Under the pieces are notes generated by a model. That model was not told the origin of the DNA. It made no database searches and saw nothing but the letters and a program-made list of their open reading frames with translations. Positions 1 through 12,439 of a stretch of 64,000 nucleotides of DNA are shown here, in pieces. Position numbers and translations under genes: made by a program. Location: the NCBI RefSeq assembly GCF_009914755.1, contig NC_060942.1; one strand, 5' to 3'. The stretch comes from the human T2T-CHM13v2.0 reference genome, Homo sapiens. Within the stretch, counting starts at the first letter, position 1, and each line of letters begins with the position of its first letter.

Positions 1-748
1 GCCTCCTCTCTATTTCAGAATCTTACAGGAATGAGATGGAGATGAACGCTGTTATTAATTAAATGTTAATTGGGCCTTGGTTATAAAGCCATCTTTGCAG
101 TCTGTGTGAGGCATTTGTCTACAAGGTGATGCTGTGTTACAAGTACGGTAAGAAAACTATGAGCTCTCAGATGTGAGGCCTAAAGATGAGGTTCTGGCCT
201 TGGTCTTTCTCTCAGCCTTAACTCCTACAACTTCTTGGTAAAAATTGTCCTGACAAACAAAACAATTTGCCATCTGAGAGCATAGCTTGCCTTTTTTGGC
301 CATCCCTGTCATTACTCTGTTTTTGAAATACTCCTGCTCACCAGCCCAGTTCACAAGTCCAGTTCAAAGCTCATCTCTGCCATGAGGCCTTCTCTACCAA
401 GTGCTTTTGTGGAAGGAACTCCAGGAACCTGGAGGGTAAGACTTCACCTTCCCAGTCACAAAATGGGGTGGACTTTATTGCCTCCACTGCCAGGCCAGTT
501 TTACTCTAGGTCAGCATAGCGGTACCACTGGAACCACCAGCCAGGGAAAGGCCATCTGGGAAGTTACGCATGAGGAAAGGAATGGGAACAAATGGGGATG
601 GGAAAGGCAAGGCTTAGGGTTGGCCTACAGTTTCTAGGCCAGCATACAACTTTGCCAGCTTCAGACATTTGAACTTGAATTAGAACTATAGGTGTGTTGC
701 CTTGAAAAGATGGCAGCTGGTGACAACAGGCTTATTTCTAGAGCATAG

Positions 749-1085
<337 letters not shown>

Positions 1086-1422
1086 CTGGCATGCATTTTT
1101 ATATGTTCACCTCTAAGGGATTTCATATGCTTTTATGTGTGTTTGGCCTATCTCCCTATTGAAATTATTCAGAGTTGGGGTTCTGTAAGCTTCATGGGTT
1201 TGGTCCAGAATGCTGGTGTTCAGAATTTTTTGTGTATTGACATGGATTCTGCATGCCATGCTATTCCAGCTCAGTCTTCTCTCTTTCAGCCTGCTCTGAG
1301 GTTAGGGCTAGAAGCAAGAAGTGATTAGACAGCATCAGTGATGCAAGATGACCTCACCCTATGCAAAATAATGCCATGCATACCCTACCATATCTGTGTC
1401 TTTTTAGAAGTATCTGGTTTTA

Positions 1423-1713
1423 TTTTTGTTTTTTCAGAGGCAGGGTCTCATTCTGTTACCCAGGCTGGAGTGCAGTGGCACAATCATGGCTTAATGTAGG
1501 CTTGATCTCCTGGGCTCAACTGATCCTTCCACCTCAGCCTCCTGAGTAGCTGGGACTGTAGGCACATACCATCACACCCGGCTAATTTTTTTTTTTTTGA
1601 TGGGGTTTCGCCATGTTGCCCAGGCCGATCTTGAACTCCCGGGTTCAAGAGATCCTCCTGTCTTGGCCTCCCAAAGTGCTGGAATTACGGGCTGTGGGCC
1701 ACCACATCTGGGC
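1423..1713 (-). mobile_element. Alu SINE, AluJ-like
   Basis: CAGGGTCTCATTCTGTTACCCAGGCTGGAGTGCAGTGGCACAATCATGGC, CTGGGCTCAA and TTGCCCAGG (AluJ-type). TSD TAGAAGTA(T/C)CTGGTTTTA at 1405-1422 and 1714-1731. Confidence 0.93.
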
Positions 1714-3084
1714 TAGAAGTACCTGGTTTTAGAGCAGTTTAATTTCACTTTTTCCTGAGACCCTGGTATTTGAATCCTATCAGAAAATTTCAGTGAGTTT
1801 TATGATGCAGAGTCTTCCCCTATCCCTATTTTCTCAGTTATAACTGGCAGCTTCTATTCTATTTTGCTTTTATGCAATACCATACCAACAGAGTTTCAGG
1901 GCACCTTAGGATAAGCCATGTCTCTAAGCCTCATGTCTCTGAGCAGTGTGTGCCAAAAGTTTATTGTTTGGGTACTCATTGATGGCCCTGGTCTCCCATT
2001 CTTGAATCTTCTCCTTTTGATAAAACAAGCTCTTCAATTAAAAACATCCTCCAGACACCGAGACGGCTGTTCATTCTCCATTCAGCAGCTGCAAAGCTGG
2101 AGGAGGAGAGGGAAGGGTTGGGGAAATGGCTGAGGCCCATAACTTAATTCCTGTGCATTAGCCCTGCCCTGTATTCGCCCTTTCCAATCTTGGCTTCTCT
2201 GCTGGTGAAACAAGCAGGATTAGCGCGTGATAAGAGAAGCTGGGGTCATAATTACACCCTATGCGATGGGGCAGCACAACCACCAAATAAATCCCTGGAC
2301 AATTATTAAAATGGCCCAATGCATTACACAAATTAGAACAGGCTGGGACTTTTTGGGAGGAGGGAGGGGAGTGAAGACCCAGTATTTAAGTGTTCTTGTA
2401 AGCCATCTAAGATATTAATGTTGCAAAGCTCCTTATGAATATTTAAGAACATAAAATGGAGCTTCGCTGCAGCCCCATATCACCACAGAAGCCTGTAATA
2501 CAGCTGAGTCCACTTAAGAAGTAGAGCCTATGTCCTCGGCAGATTGAAGCCAGATGAAGCAGGGCTGCCCGTTTGTGGTGGAATGCTCCTCACAGACCAA
2601 TTTAATGAGGTTGCCTTATAACTCACAGAAGAGGAGTTAGTTAAAGACTCGAACAACTTTGATGGGTGGGACTCCCTCATGATGGTAGCCCATTTCCCCC
2701 ACTCCTCAAGGATTTTAAGGGACTGACACAGAACTGACGAAGTCTTTATTTACCCATTCCGTTCAAGTCTCAGTTACACATAACCCTCTTAGAACCAGAC
2801 ACGTGGGACCCCTTGGCTCGCTGGGCAGTGTTTCTCAGAGCTGCATTTGGGGCAGCTGATTCTTCACAGGGGGCAATTAGCTCCAAGTTCTTATAAGGAG
2901 TGAATGAAGTCTCCTGGATAAAAGAGACGGCTGCTCTGGTGGGAGAAGGGTCATATTCTGAAATCAAGTTAGATGGTGTCTTTCCCAGGACTGGCCCTGG
3001 TGCATCTTTATATTGGGAATGGGGGAGTGGACTCTTGTAAGGTGGCTGGAGACATCAAGTCAGCAGGACACAGGGAGGATGATG

Positions 3085-3270
3085 GACAAAACCTCCGGGG
3101 CCTTGAGTTCTGGCTTCAGCTTAGCCATGTTCTTACTTTCCCGCTTTTTACACATCTGTCAAATGGGAATAAAATTCCTGGGAAGTCTGATCATTAATGG
3201 AATAATAGATCTAGGTACACTTGGGAAGAAGGGTACTATAGAATGTGATGTTAGTATTATTTCTATTTTT
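3085..3270 (+). mobile_element. MIR-family SINE fragment (MIR3/MIRc-like)
   Basis: Degenerate MIR core (CATCTGTCAAATGGGAATAA) and MIR3-like tail (ACTATAGAATGTGATGTTAGTATTAT). Approximate bounds. Confidence 0.55.
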
Positions 3271-4229
3271 ACTTGTATTTGATAGCGGTTCTGCTTTACA
3301 CCCTTCAGAGCTTCTCTGACTTCGTTCTGCCTCCAGATAAAGGAAAAGAAGGAAATGATCCTATCCCTGATCACTGACTCCCTTCCCCACTTCCAGGCTT
3401 CTGGCTGCCTCTTTCAGAGTTAGGGAAACCCCAAGGGAAGTAGACCCCATAACTTCTGTGGGAACCCTCAGGTGCGGAGGCCTTTGAGAAGGTAGAGCAA
3501 GTCTCTGCCTGCACAGAGGGATCTGAAAACTCCAAACAACCTTCTTTATGACACAGAGATGTTGGGGTGGGGGAGGAAAGGAAGACTCCACACCTCCTAG
3601 GGTTCCAGGCCCTAGCTGTAGGGAAGAGAATATAGCATGAGGGGTAGACAGACAGACAGACAGCCTGTATGCAGGGGAAAGGAAGCCTAGCCACAGAATG
3701 TTCTTTGCTTTCAGGGTACTCCCCATAGTCCAGGAGGAGAGCAGCACTTGTCCAGCCAAGCCTGGCTTTTCACATTGCATGGTGCCCATAGCACACACAA
3801 GAATATGAATTGGCAGTACATGTATTTTCTCAGAAGCTAATAACAACAATTCCTTGATCTCATTATTTTTCAAACTTTGATAATGATAGCTACTATATAT
3901 TGAGACACCACACAAGCATCCTGAGAGCTAGAGCTAGGTATTATTATCTCTGCTTGACACATAGAGCTCAGGGAAGTCAGGCTCTCATTGATAGCCTCTC
4001 TCTCTCTCTTTCTCTCTTTCTGTCTCTCCCCTATCTTTTCTCTGTCTCTATCTGAAGGTTTCAAGTACATACACAAAGGTATCGTCATCTCAAGAAGGAT
4101 TTTCTCTCTGGCCCAGACCCTTTGACACCCACTGCTAGCCCTCATGGACACCTTCAGCCTGGCTTAACTATGAAAGAATCTATAAGCTATTAATTATAGC
4201 TTTATTAAAACTCAACAAATCTAGCCCTA

Positions 4230-4445
4230 AAAAGACAGCTGACATGGGTTTAGGTCATATCTTCTTACTAGCTGTGTGACCTTGTACAACTTATCCTCTT
4301 TAAGCCTCAGTTTCCTCATGGAAGAAGGGGTGGGAGACAAATAAGAGTACCCACCTCTGGCTTAACATGAGGATTCTGTGAGACAATGCCTGGAAAGGGC
4401 TTGGTACATGGCACAGATTCTGTGTGCATGACGTGGTAGTTACCA
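4230..4445 (+). mobile_element. MIR SINE
   Basis: CTTACTAGCTGTGTGACCTTG...AGCCTCAGTTTCCTCAT core, then GAGGATT and TGGTACATGG tail. Confidence 0.85.
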
Positions 4446-4924
4446 TCATCATCTTCATCACAGGTCTGAGATTCCTCTTGCAGAGACTCATTCCACTGAG
4501 AATTTAAAACTCAGACACCTGGGGGGAACAGATTGCATATGAGGCCTTTATCTTCCAACAGTGTTATAAGTCCAGCAGCATGCAATGTAGACCAGATGCC
4601 TTCCATGGTCCATGTCAATGCTGGGCTTTTCTAATTCTATTAAGTATCTTAGGGTGATGGGGACCTTGTAGGAAGGGGGCACACATGATGTGTCTAGAGA
4701 CATAGGAAGGAGGTGTCAAGAAGGAAAAGAAAGCCTACAGCAAGGACAGAATAATCTTTAGGAGGACCATGTTTCTGTAGGTTTCTGGGCCAGTCTTATT
4801 CTTTGCATAGTGGGTTCTTTGGATTGTTTTCATTAGCTGTCTGAGGCAAATGTTTCCAAATCTGACTTTTCCCTGAGTAACAGGTAACTTACAAATACCA
4901 TCAATCAACCTCTCGATATTACCA

Positions 4925-5090
4925 TTAATTAATGTTTGTTAGCCATGAGGCAAAATACTTTGTCATTTAACCCCTGCTCACAATAACTATCATCCTTACG
5001 TTGCAATTGCAGAAACAAAGGCTTGAAGTCACACAGTTGGGAAGTGGTGGCACTGAATTTGAAACCAGACAGTCTGAATCTAGAGCTGTA
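4925..5090 (-). mobile_element. MIR SINE fragment
   Basis: AAGTCACACAGTTGGGAAGTGGTGGCACTGAATTTGAAACCAGACAGTCTGAATCTAGAGC matches the reverse-complemented MIR head. Confidence 0.7.
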
Positions 5091-5819
5091 CCTAGGTGAT
5101 ACACCCTTTACAAATGTTTCTGAGATTGTGATGCTTTCAGCCTGGCCCTGGCTCCAAATTCACCTTGCAGTTGTAGAATACATGTGGTCCCTTTCCTCTA
5201 CACACTTACCACTCAAAAACATTTAGTATATACCTGTGGGCCAGGTACTGATGTAGTCTCTGTTAGAAAAGATGCTGCTGACTCATCATCACTAGGGCTT
5301 AAAGGAGGGTTGCATTGGGGTTTGTGTTGGGACATCCACATTCTCTCGACTCCCCCTTAACTGGGGGCTTGCATACATTTATAGGATGCATCAGAGACAC
5401 AGTCTGGAGCCAGCGATCAGAGGGTTTCTCTTTTCATGTGAAACTAACTGGCTTCCAGGTACAACGATAATTCCCTGAGGATTACAGGATCACAGAATTA
5501 TGGAGCTGGAAGAGTCTTTGATCTCATCAGCATTTCGACTAACTGAGCTGAACGGGCCATGTGAGGAAGACAGCAAAAACAAACACCAGCAGAGCAAAGG
5601 CACTTACATGCCTGCCGTGTGTGGCTCCTTCACTCTTGCTTAGGAAACCTTTGTCTTTCTCCTTTTGCTGTCTAAACCAGATCTTATTCTTTTTCATGAG
5701 ATCTTTTGTCTATTTTAGCCCTCACTTGTTTCCTTTTCCTTTGAATGCAAGGGGCACTTATAATCTGTAGACACCCACATTATTGTATTCTTTTGGTGTT
5801 CTCTAATTGTTTTATGTGT

Positions 5820-5950
5820 AAGAGTTTTGTTTCTACTAGGTATCTAGGATGGTGAGTGCTTTGAGAAATGGGGTTGTGTTCACCAGCTTAGTGCCTGAAA
5901 CACAATAGTTACTCAGTAAATATTGGCTGGTTTAAGAAATGAATGAATGG
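5820..5950 (+). mobile_element. L2 LINE 3' end
   Basis: AGTGCCTGAAACACAATAGTTACTCAGTAAATATTGG...AATGAATGAATG, the L2 terminal signature. Confidence 0.65.
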
Positions 5951-6363
5951 AGAGAAAGTATGTCTTCCCTTGAATTCCGCATTGAGCCTAGCACAGGACT
6001 GAGCACCTGATGGATACATGGTGGTTCATTGATAATACTGACCCTGCACAAATAAATTCTTTTTAAAAAATTACTTTAAGGCAACCTTCCAGTACCTAGA
6101 TATGATGGAGAGTGCCACACAGGTCCTGGTATGGCCTCTAAGGTGCTGTGCTTTTCATCAAGAGAAGTATATGTCACAGTATGCTCTTGGAAAGAGATGT
6201 GGCTTCCTGACAGGCTCGGTGGATTTAGGAAAAAATAAACCTTGAAGCAGGAATGCAGTCATTTCTGGGGGCTCCCCTAGAATCCCATGAGGGACATCAA
6301 ACCAACCCATGGTAACTAGAAAATCATGGAGTCTTCCAGGTGGACTTCAAAGTTGATTGATTT

Positions 6364-6548
6364 TAGTGGCTTCCTAACCATTTTTTTGTTAAAGCTGTAG
6401 ATCTTATCCTCAAATGAAAGCTGTAAGTTGAATTTGAAGTTTCTCTGATTAAAGTGGAGCATAGGGCCCAGAACCTTATATTCTTAGCTTCTAGAGGGGC
6501 TCTGAGAATCTCCTAGAGCTTCTTGGAGAACACTTTGAGAACCACATT
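6364..6548. mobile_element. hAT-Charlie MITE (MER103C/MER117-like)
   Basis: Degenerate TIRs (TAGTGGCTTCCTAAC...CACTTTGAGAACCAC). Internal CTCAAATGAAAG...CTCTGATTAAAG resembles the element at 62703-62912 in the opposite orientation. Confidence 0.5.
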
Positions 6549-6589
6549 GGTGACTGTAGGGGACAAGTGTTATTCATTTTGGTGACCCA

Positions 6590-8800
6590 GAATCTAAACT
6601 GGCTTTTCATTTTGGGGAAATATAATTTTAAGTGAAGCCGAATTTATGGATATGGGTACATTTATCAGAGATATTAGATTCAACATGCTGGCTCAAGTAT
6701 CTGAGATTTCTAAGTATCTTCTCAGATGGCTTACTGAAACCTGCTAATGGCTCATAAGGAATCAAGATGCCAGAAAACTCTTGATATAATGTAAAGAACC
6801 AAAAAAAGCTAGGAAGGTTAACATGGGTTTATCCTGTGTAACCTGTGTAATTTATCCATGTATAACCTGCTCACACACCCTTAACTGTATTACCTAAGAG
6901 GTATCTGAAGATGCTTCCTTTACCAAAGCACTGAGAAATACTACAATGGGGAGGGCCAACATCTTTGATGAGTGCCATAAGGGCTGTGACTTTATGCTGA
7001 GAGTGCTGTGGCTGAAATGGGATCCCTGATTTCACAGGGGATGCCAGGATCCTCAGGGAAGAAACCAAGGAGTGACAATTGTAAAACCTCCAGAGGCAAG
7101 GTGGTACATGCATTATTTAATGTTCTTAATTGCATCAGAATCCATGCTGGCTAAACAGAAAAGAGATTTTATAAAAGGATATGAGGTAGTACACAAGATG
7201 CCTTTGAACAAAGCCCGTGGCTGTGGGGCAGCTTTAGTGAGACGCTGCCACCCCCTGGCACTGGTAACACTCAGGACTGGATGCCTGAGCTCTGCACTCT
7301 CCCCCTTACATAGCTGGCGGTCTCTACCACTGTGCTTGCTAGGTATCAGTTCCACTGCGTTTAGCTTCCTCTTCATCTTGCTCACTTCCAAGTCTGATTT
7401 TCACATAGATGTGTCTGATTTTTCAGAATCTAAGTCACATACCTATAACCTAATTGCAAGGGAATATGAGAACTTTTAGCTAGGCATTTTACTGCACTAC
7501 AAAAAAAAATGCATTTCGGTTAACAAGGAAAAAGTGGGGAATGGCCATTGGGTAAGCAGCTAAGAATGCCCAATACTTCATGGTTCCATAATAAGCAGCA
7601 GACTAGTTTGCTAATTAGAATGGTCTGGATCCATAGGGATCTTAGGGATGGCTAATTGATTATGAGGTCTTTGCACTGAAATATATGGACAGTCTCCTAA
7701 GATCATTCTTGGTCCATAGAGTCAAAACAAACAAACAAACAACAAACACTAGACCTAGAGGACAAAGCCGTCTTTGAGTCACCAAGTATAGAGAATAATT
7801 GCTCCTTGTTCAATTTCTAAACTGAAGCCATAGACCCAGAGCCCACAGGAAAAAGGAGAGGCTAGATACTTTTGGGGAAGAACCCTGAAATTAAATCAAA
7901 TGTATATACTGCAAATCCTACTCCTGACTGTCTTTAAAGAGATCTGGGGCAATTTACCAAGGTAACAATGGCTTGGGGGAAATAGGATCTATACCTTTTA
8001 GATCTTTCATTGACTTTGGTTGGATCCAGTATACCACTTTGGTTCACTGATCAGGAGGGGAACCTTGTAGGGGTCAGATGATAAATTTTGAAATCATAGT
8101 TGGCCTAGTAGTCTCCAAGCCATTCTATGTTATTTTTCTCAGTTCCTGACTATATGGTTGGAATGGATATGTTCAGTACAAGGCAGAATTGTCTCCCTGA
8201 TTTTCTAAAAGATTTCTATGTTAGAAAGTGCCAAATGAAAGACTTAAAGTAGTAAACCAAAGGCAATACCTTGTCTCCAGGGGATATCACTGAAGCCATC
8301 AGAGACTTGGAAGGTGCAGATATTGTGATTTTTATCACAACCCCATTTTGATCACTTATTTGTCCCTTGCAGAAAGTGGAGATATCCTGAAAAATGGTAG
8401 TAGATTATTATAAATGTGATGAAGTGGCCTCCAATGACAGCTACTCCAGATATAGCCACTTTACTGGAGCAAATAACTCAGCTCTTGACACTTACGCTGC
8501 AGCTATTTATATGGCAAGTGGTTTTTTTAAAAATATAGTTTCAATAGAAAGACAATTTGCTTTCACCTGGCAAGGATTGCAATATACTTTATTGCTCTGG
8601 CTCCCCATCTCTATGTCATAATTTAGTCCACAGAGATATTTAATCATCTCTTTAACCTACAAGAAATCAGGCTGGTTTAGCATATTGATAACATGCTGAA
8701 AGGACTTGGAGAGCAGGAGATAGATGTACTATAGATATCTGAATAAGATACATCAATGGCAGAGGATAGAGGTTGAATTATATGAAAATACAGGCACCTA
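6590..8800 (+). mobile_element. ERVL-class endogenous retrovirus internal remnant (degenerate gag-pro-pol), no flanking LTR recognised
   Basis: Translated fragments match recalled HERVL Gag (AEFMDMGTFIRDIRFN near 6637, cf. AEFIDMGPLSRDSAFN) and the protease region near 7940 (cf. DLRPFTRVTVHWG). RT motifs: MVVDYYK (8394, cf. MTVDYRK), RQFAFTWQGLQYT (cf. KQFAFSWQGQQYT), and HIDNML at 8681-8698 replacing YIDDIML. Many stops and frameshifts. Confidence 0.85.
7130..7480 (-). mobile_element. Old MaLR LTR (MLT1K/L-like) inserted in the ERVL gag remnant
   Basis: GGCTAAACAGAAAAGAGATTTTATAAAAGGATATGAGGTAG and CTAAGTCACATACC...TTGCAAGGGAA resemble the MLT1 reverse strand. ERVL similarity resumes after about 7560. 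Confidence 0.55.
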
Positions 8801-8959
8801 ATGGTCATTAAACAATTTCTTATTTCTGTTTGGTATTTTGCAATATACAAGCATAGATTTCTAAATAAAATTTTATATAGTTATAATTTGTTGTTTCTAT
8901 TTTATGTTTTTTCACTTACAATAATTATATATATATATTTATGTGTGAACATTGTGAGT

Positions 8960-9385
8960 TTTCACCTCTACCTAAAATGCCATCATCTGCTTAGCTTTGC
9001 TGCCCCATTAGAGCTTGGGTTGTTACTGGTTTTTCTGTATTCTAAATACTGTTGCTATAAATGTCTTTAGAGAAATTGCTTTTTTTTTTTTTTGGTTTGG
9101 GTTATTTCCTTAGGGTGTATTTCCTTAAAATGGAATTATTATGTCAAAAGGTACAAACAATTTTATAGCTTTTGTTACATATTGCCCTATTGCTCTCCAG
9201 ACAGATTGAGCCAATTTACAATGCTACTGACAGTACCTACGCATGCTATTTTCCCACAGTTGACCCAGTTGGATTTTCTATGTTTTATTTATTTTGGTCA
9301 ATTTAATATTGTGCAATGATACCCTATGGTTGTGTTAATATGCATTTCTTTAATTGTTAGGAAGTCTGCGCATTGCATAATGTGA
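8960..9385 (-). mobile_element. Ancient L1 (L1ME-like) fragment
   Basis: ATTTCCTTAGGGTGTATTTCCTTAAAATGGAATTATT, CATATTGCCCTATTGCTCTCCAG and ATATGCATTTCTTTAATT are typical of the antisense L1M ORF2 end/3'UTR. Confidence 0.75.
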
Positions 9386-9469
9386 CAACACTATTTGTGA
9401 TTCTATAGTATGCTCATATTATTCTGTTTTCCCTGATGGGTTTGTAAGCCTATCAGTGGTAGAGACTGT

Positions 9470-9900
9470 GAATCATCCATGTATATATCCATCTGTCCAT
9501 CATTTATTGAGTGCTTATTATGTTTTCGTCCAGGCACTGTGCTAGGGCAAAGGCATACAGGAGAAAAATATGCAGTGCTGATCCTCAAGGGGTTTTCATT
9601 GTAGTTGGAGAGAGCAAAAAAGATCAATGATTATAACTAAATGTGACTTTAAATGTGCACAAAGTGTTATGGGGTTCATAAAAGGAGCATAAGGGAGGTT
9701 TATCCAAGTTGTCCTTGTAAGAACATGGAATGCTTCTAAAAGGAACCATGCTTATGTTCAGATAGCCAACCCTCAAAGAGGATGAATCAAGCCTCAGATG
9801 GTAAGTAAAAGTTAGCTATGGGGAAAAGGAGTAAAAGATGGGTTGTGCACTCAAGGAGAGAGAACAGCATGTGTAAAGTGGTCATGAACTGACAGTGTTA
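9470..9900 (-). mobile_element. L2 LINE 3' fragment
   Basis: CATTTATTGAGTGCTTATTATG...CCAGGCACTGTGCTAGG, reverse L2 tail. Confidence 0.75.
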
Positions 9901-9965
9901 CGTGACCTCAAAGAAAGGGCTCAGCAGTGACATGTTGGGAGAAAGGCTATACACTTAAATGAATC

Positions 9966-10510
9966 TGTTAGACTGTTTTTGGCTTTGAAAAGTAGAAAAC
10001 TCTGACTCAACTAATTTAAATAATAAGACAAACTTGTTATCTCATTAAGCAAGAAGTTCAGAAGTTGAGCTGCTCCAGGGTCGGCTAACTCTATGGCTTG
10101 ACAATGGCATTTAGGATCCAGGTTCTTTCCATTTTTCTGCCTTGTCATCCTATGGGGCTTCCTTCATGGTTACCAGATGGCAGTACCACTGTGCAAGGCA
10201 TCTTTTGTAGACAGAACAATGTCGGGTGGAACAAAAGGGACTTCCTCTTCCTTATGTCTCTTTTCAAGAGCAAAGAAACCTTTCCCAAAAGCTCCTCAGA
10301 GGACATTCTGCTTCTCAGCACTTGCTGAGTCACAGGCTTAGCCCCAAAGCGAGCTCCAGAGAGGGCGATGGCATTACCATGACTGGCTGAGATGTTTTAG
10401 GACTTATTTATGGATTGAAAATAGGCTCACCTTCCCTGAGCATTGGAACTGATCAAAATCATAGATAAGCAAAGAAAAATGGGGAAAGGGATGTTGGATA
10501 CATAATCAAT
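9966..10510 (-). mobile_element. Old MaLR solo LTR (MLT1K/L-like)
   Basis: GGATCCAGGTTCTTTCCATTTTTCTGC, AAGAAACCTTTCCCAAAAGC and GGCATTACCATGACTGGC are characteristic of reverse MLT1K/L. Confidence 0.7.
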
Positions 10511-10709
10511 TGCATTTTTTATATTAGAGATTTATTATTTGTGTTTCCTGTGAGGCTAGTTGATTCATGCATGGTCACTTCTAAATTATTTCATATGGAG
10601 ATCTTATCATTAATCAGTTTTGAACCATGTAGTGTTCCAGCAGTATTTGAGGGGTCATAGATAGCAGTACCCTCCTCACTCTTCCCTAGTAAAACAGTGG
10701 GTGAAGGGA

Positions 10710-11700
10710 GATGAATAGTTACTACATAAATATTCATTGCATGCCTATGATGTGTCAGACATAGTGCTAGGTGCCATGGATATAGAGCAGAATAAGATAC
10801 AGTACTCACCTGTTGCCCCCAAAGAGTTCACAACGAAGGTTGAGGTGAGGAGATAGGTGAAAGGATAAATAGATACACTGATAATATATAATTATAAATA
10901 TAACAATTAAAGCTGTCATTTATTGAGTATCTGCTATATTATACCTCAGAACTTTACCTAGTTTTACATTTAATTTTTACAGTTACCCTGATTTCTCCCA
11001 TTTGCCATTGAGTGAAGTGAGCCTCAGAAGGATTAGGTGCCTTGTTCAAGTTCTCATGGCTAGTAAGTGTGAGAGCTAGGACTCAATCTAAGGTCTGCTG
11101 ACTCAGAGCCCATGCTCATCACTGCTTTGCTATGTCATCTCTTTGTTGTTGACTCAAACACCAAAGTGCCACGAATCCCCAGAGGAGGGTTATGCTCATG
11201 TTGTCAAGGGTAGGGCTATGACCATTCTGCAAAACAAGTGCAGTGTAAGCTGCAGTTTGGAGGGTTGGAGGAGTAACCAGATGAACAGAGTGTGAAAGAC
11301 CTAGCCACAGGGAAGAACATGTGCAAAAGCTCAGAGCCTAAAAGAGCTGGAAGATGGAATACATTAAGAGTTGGGACTGAAAATGTGGGGTGGGGCCAGA
11401 TGGAGATAGGCTAGTACCTTGTGTTTAGAAGTTTAGACTTGTCTTTGAAGCAAAGTTTTCAAAGCAAAGACCACCTTGGTAGCATTTTGGAAGATGAATT
11501 TGAAGGATTCAAGATCCTGGGGAGGCCAGTTAGAAAGCTGTTGTACGATCCAGGTGAGAGACAGGAGACCTTTTTGGAGCTAGAATCAAGAGAATTTGGT
11601 AGATTGATTAGATTTTGGGGTGAAAGAAAAAGATTTGAAGATGACTCCCACATGCCTGGATTGAGCAACTGGGTGGATTATGGTACAGTATATTCGTGAA
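10710..11700 (-). mobile_element. L2 LINE fragments interrupted by a MIR
   Basis: L2 tail at 10710-10800 (TGCCTATGATGTGTCAGACATAGTGCTAGG). L2 body at 11300-11690 (GGGAGGCCAGTTAGAAAGCTGTTG, GATGACTCCCAC). Confidence 0.7.
10915..11130 (-). mobile_element. MIR SINE
   Basis: CATTTATTGAGTATCTGCTAT...GCTAGTAAGTGTGAGAGCTAGGACTCAATCTAAGGTCTGCTGACTCAGAGCCCATGCTC. Confidence 0.75.
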
Positions 11701-12060
11701 TTGGCTTAATCAAAAAGAAAGTTGTCTTGAGGTAGCTCCTAGAGCTGAAGGAAGAGATGTAGGAACCAAGGTCCCAAGACTTGTAGGGAGTTATTTGTCT
11801 CTCGTCTTTGCTTATATCTGCTTGGCGTTTTCTGTATGCCAGCAACGATGACCACCAATAACTTTAAATATGCATCCCCAATCATTGGAGTGGAAAGGCA
11901 ACTTTTCTTACCCATAAGCCTGCTTGAATCGTAGGTTCATTCTAGACCAATCCCTGTAACCAGGGAGATGAGATATTATGGTGGCCAAGCCAGAATCAAA
12001 TACTAAATGCTGTGGTCAGAAGAAAGGAGGTGGGGCAGAATGCACTGGGCAGCCCAAGAT
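11700..12060 (-). mobile_element. Old MaLR LTR fragment (MLT1-like)
   Basis: TTGGCTTAATCAAAAAGAAAG...GAGGTAGCTC and AGACCAATCCCTGTAACCAGGGAGATG resemble reverse MLT1J/K/L. Confidence 0.5.
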
Positions 12061-12439
12061 AATACCTATAATGCTTCACTTTAGATGGTATTGACCAAGA
12101 GAGAAAGCAATGGGGGAAGAACATTAAGTGGCTTTCAATCTAATTCTAATTTGAATGTGTGGGATTCACAGTATCAAACTCCCCAGCAGACTCCAAGTGC
12201 CATAATATTTTACTGAAATCAACATGCTGGTGAGACAAGGAGCCTGACAGACAGCAGATGGCTCCCACACAGAAAGGCTAATCAATTCAGACATACAACA
12301 GCCATCATAAAAGAGTGGAACATACCCAGCATGCACACTCATCTGAGCAGCTCAGAGAAAAAGCCTCTTGCTTGGCCTAACCAGGAGAGAGAAACAGCCT
12401 CTTTGAGACAATGGTGTGGGAATGTCTGGGCATCCCAGA

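Noticed and set aside
3361-3915. 184-aa minus-strand ORF
   Set aside because: No recognisable domain, non-ATG start, and it crosses simple repeats. Consistent with a chance ORF.
12251-12265. CTCF-like motif ACAGCAGATGGCTCC (also 7244-7258)
   Set aside because: Each has two mismatches to the core consensus, which is not distinguishable from chance without ChIP data.
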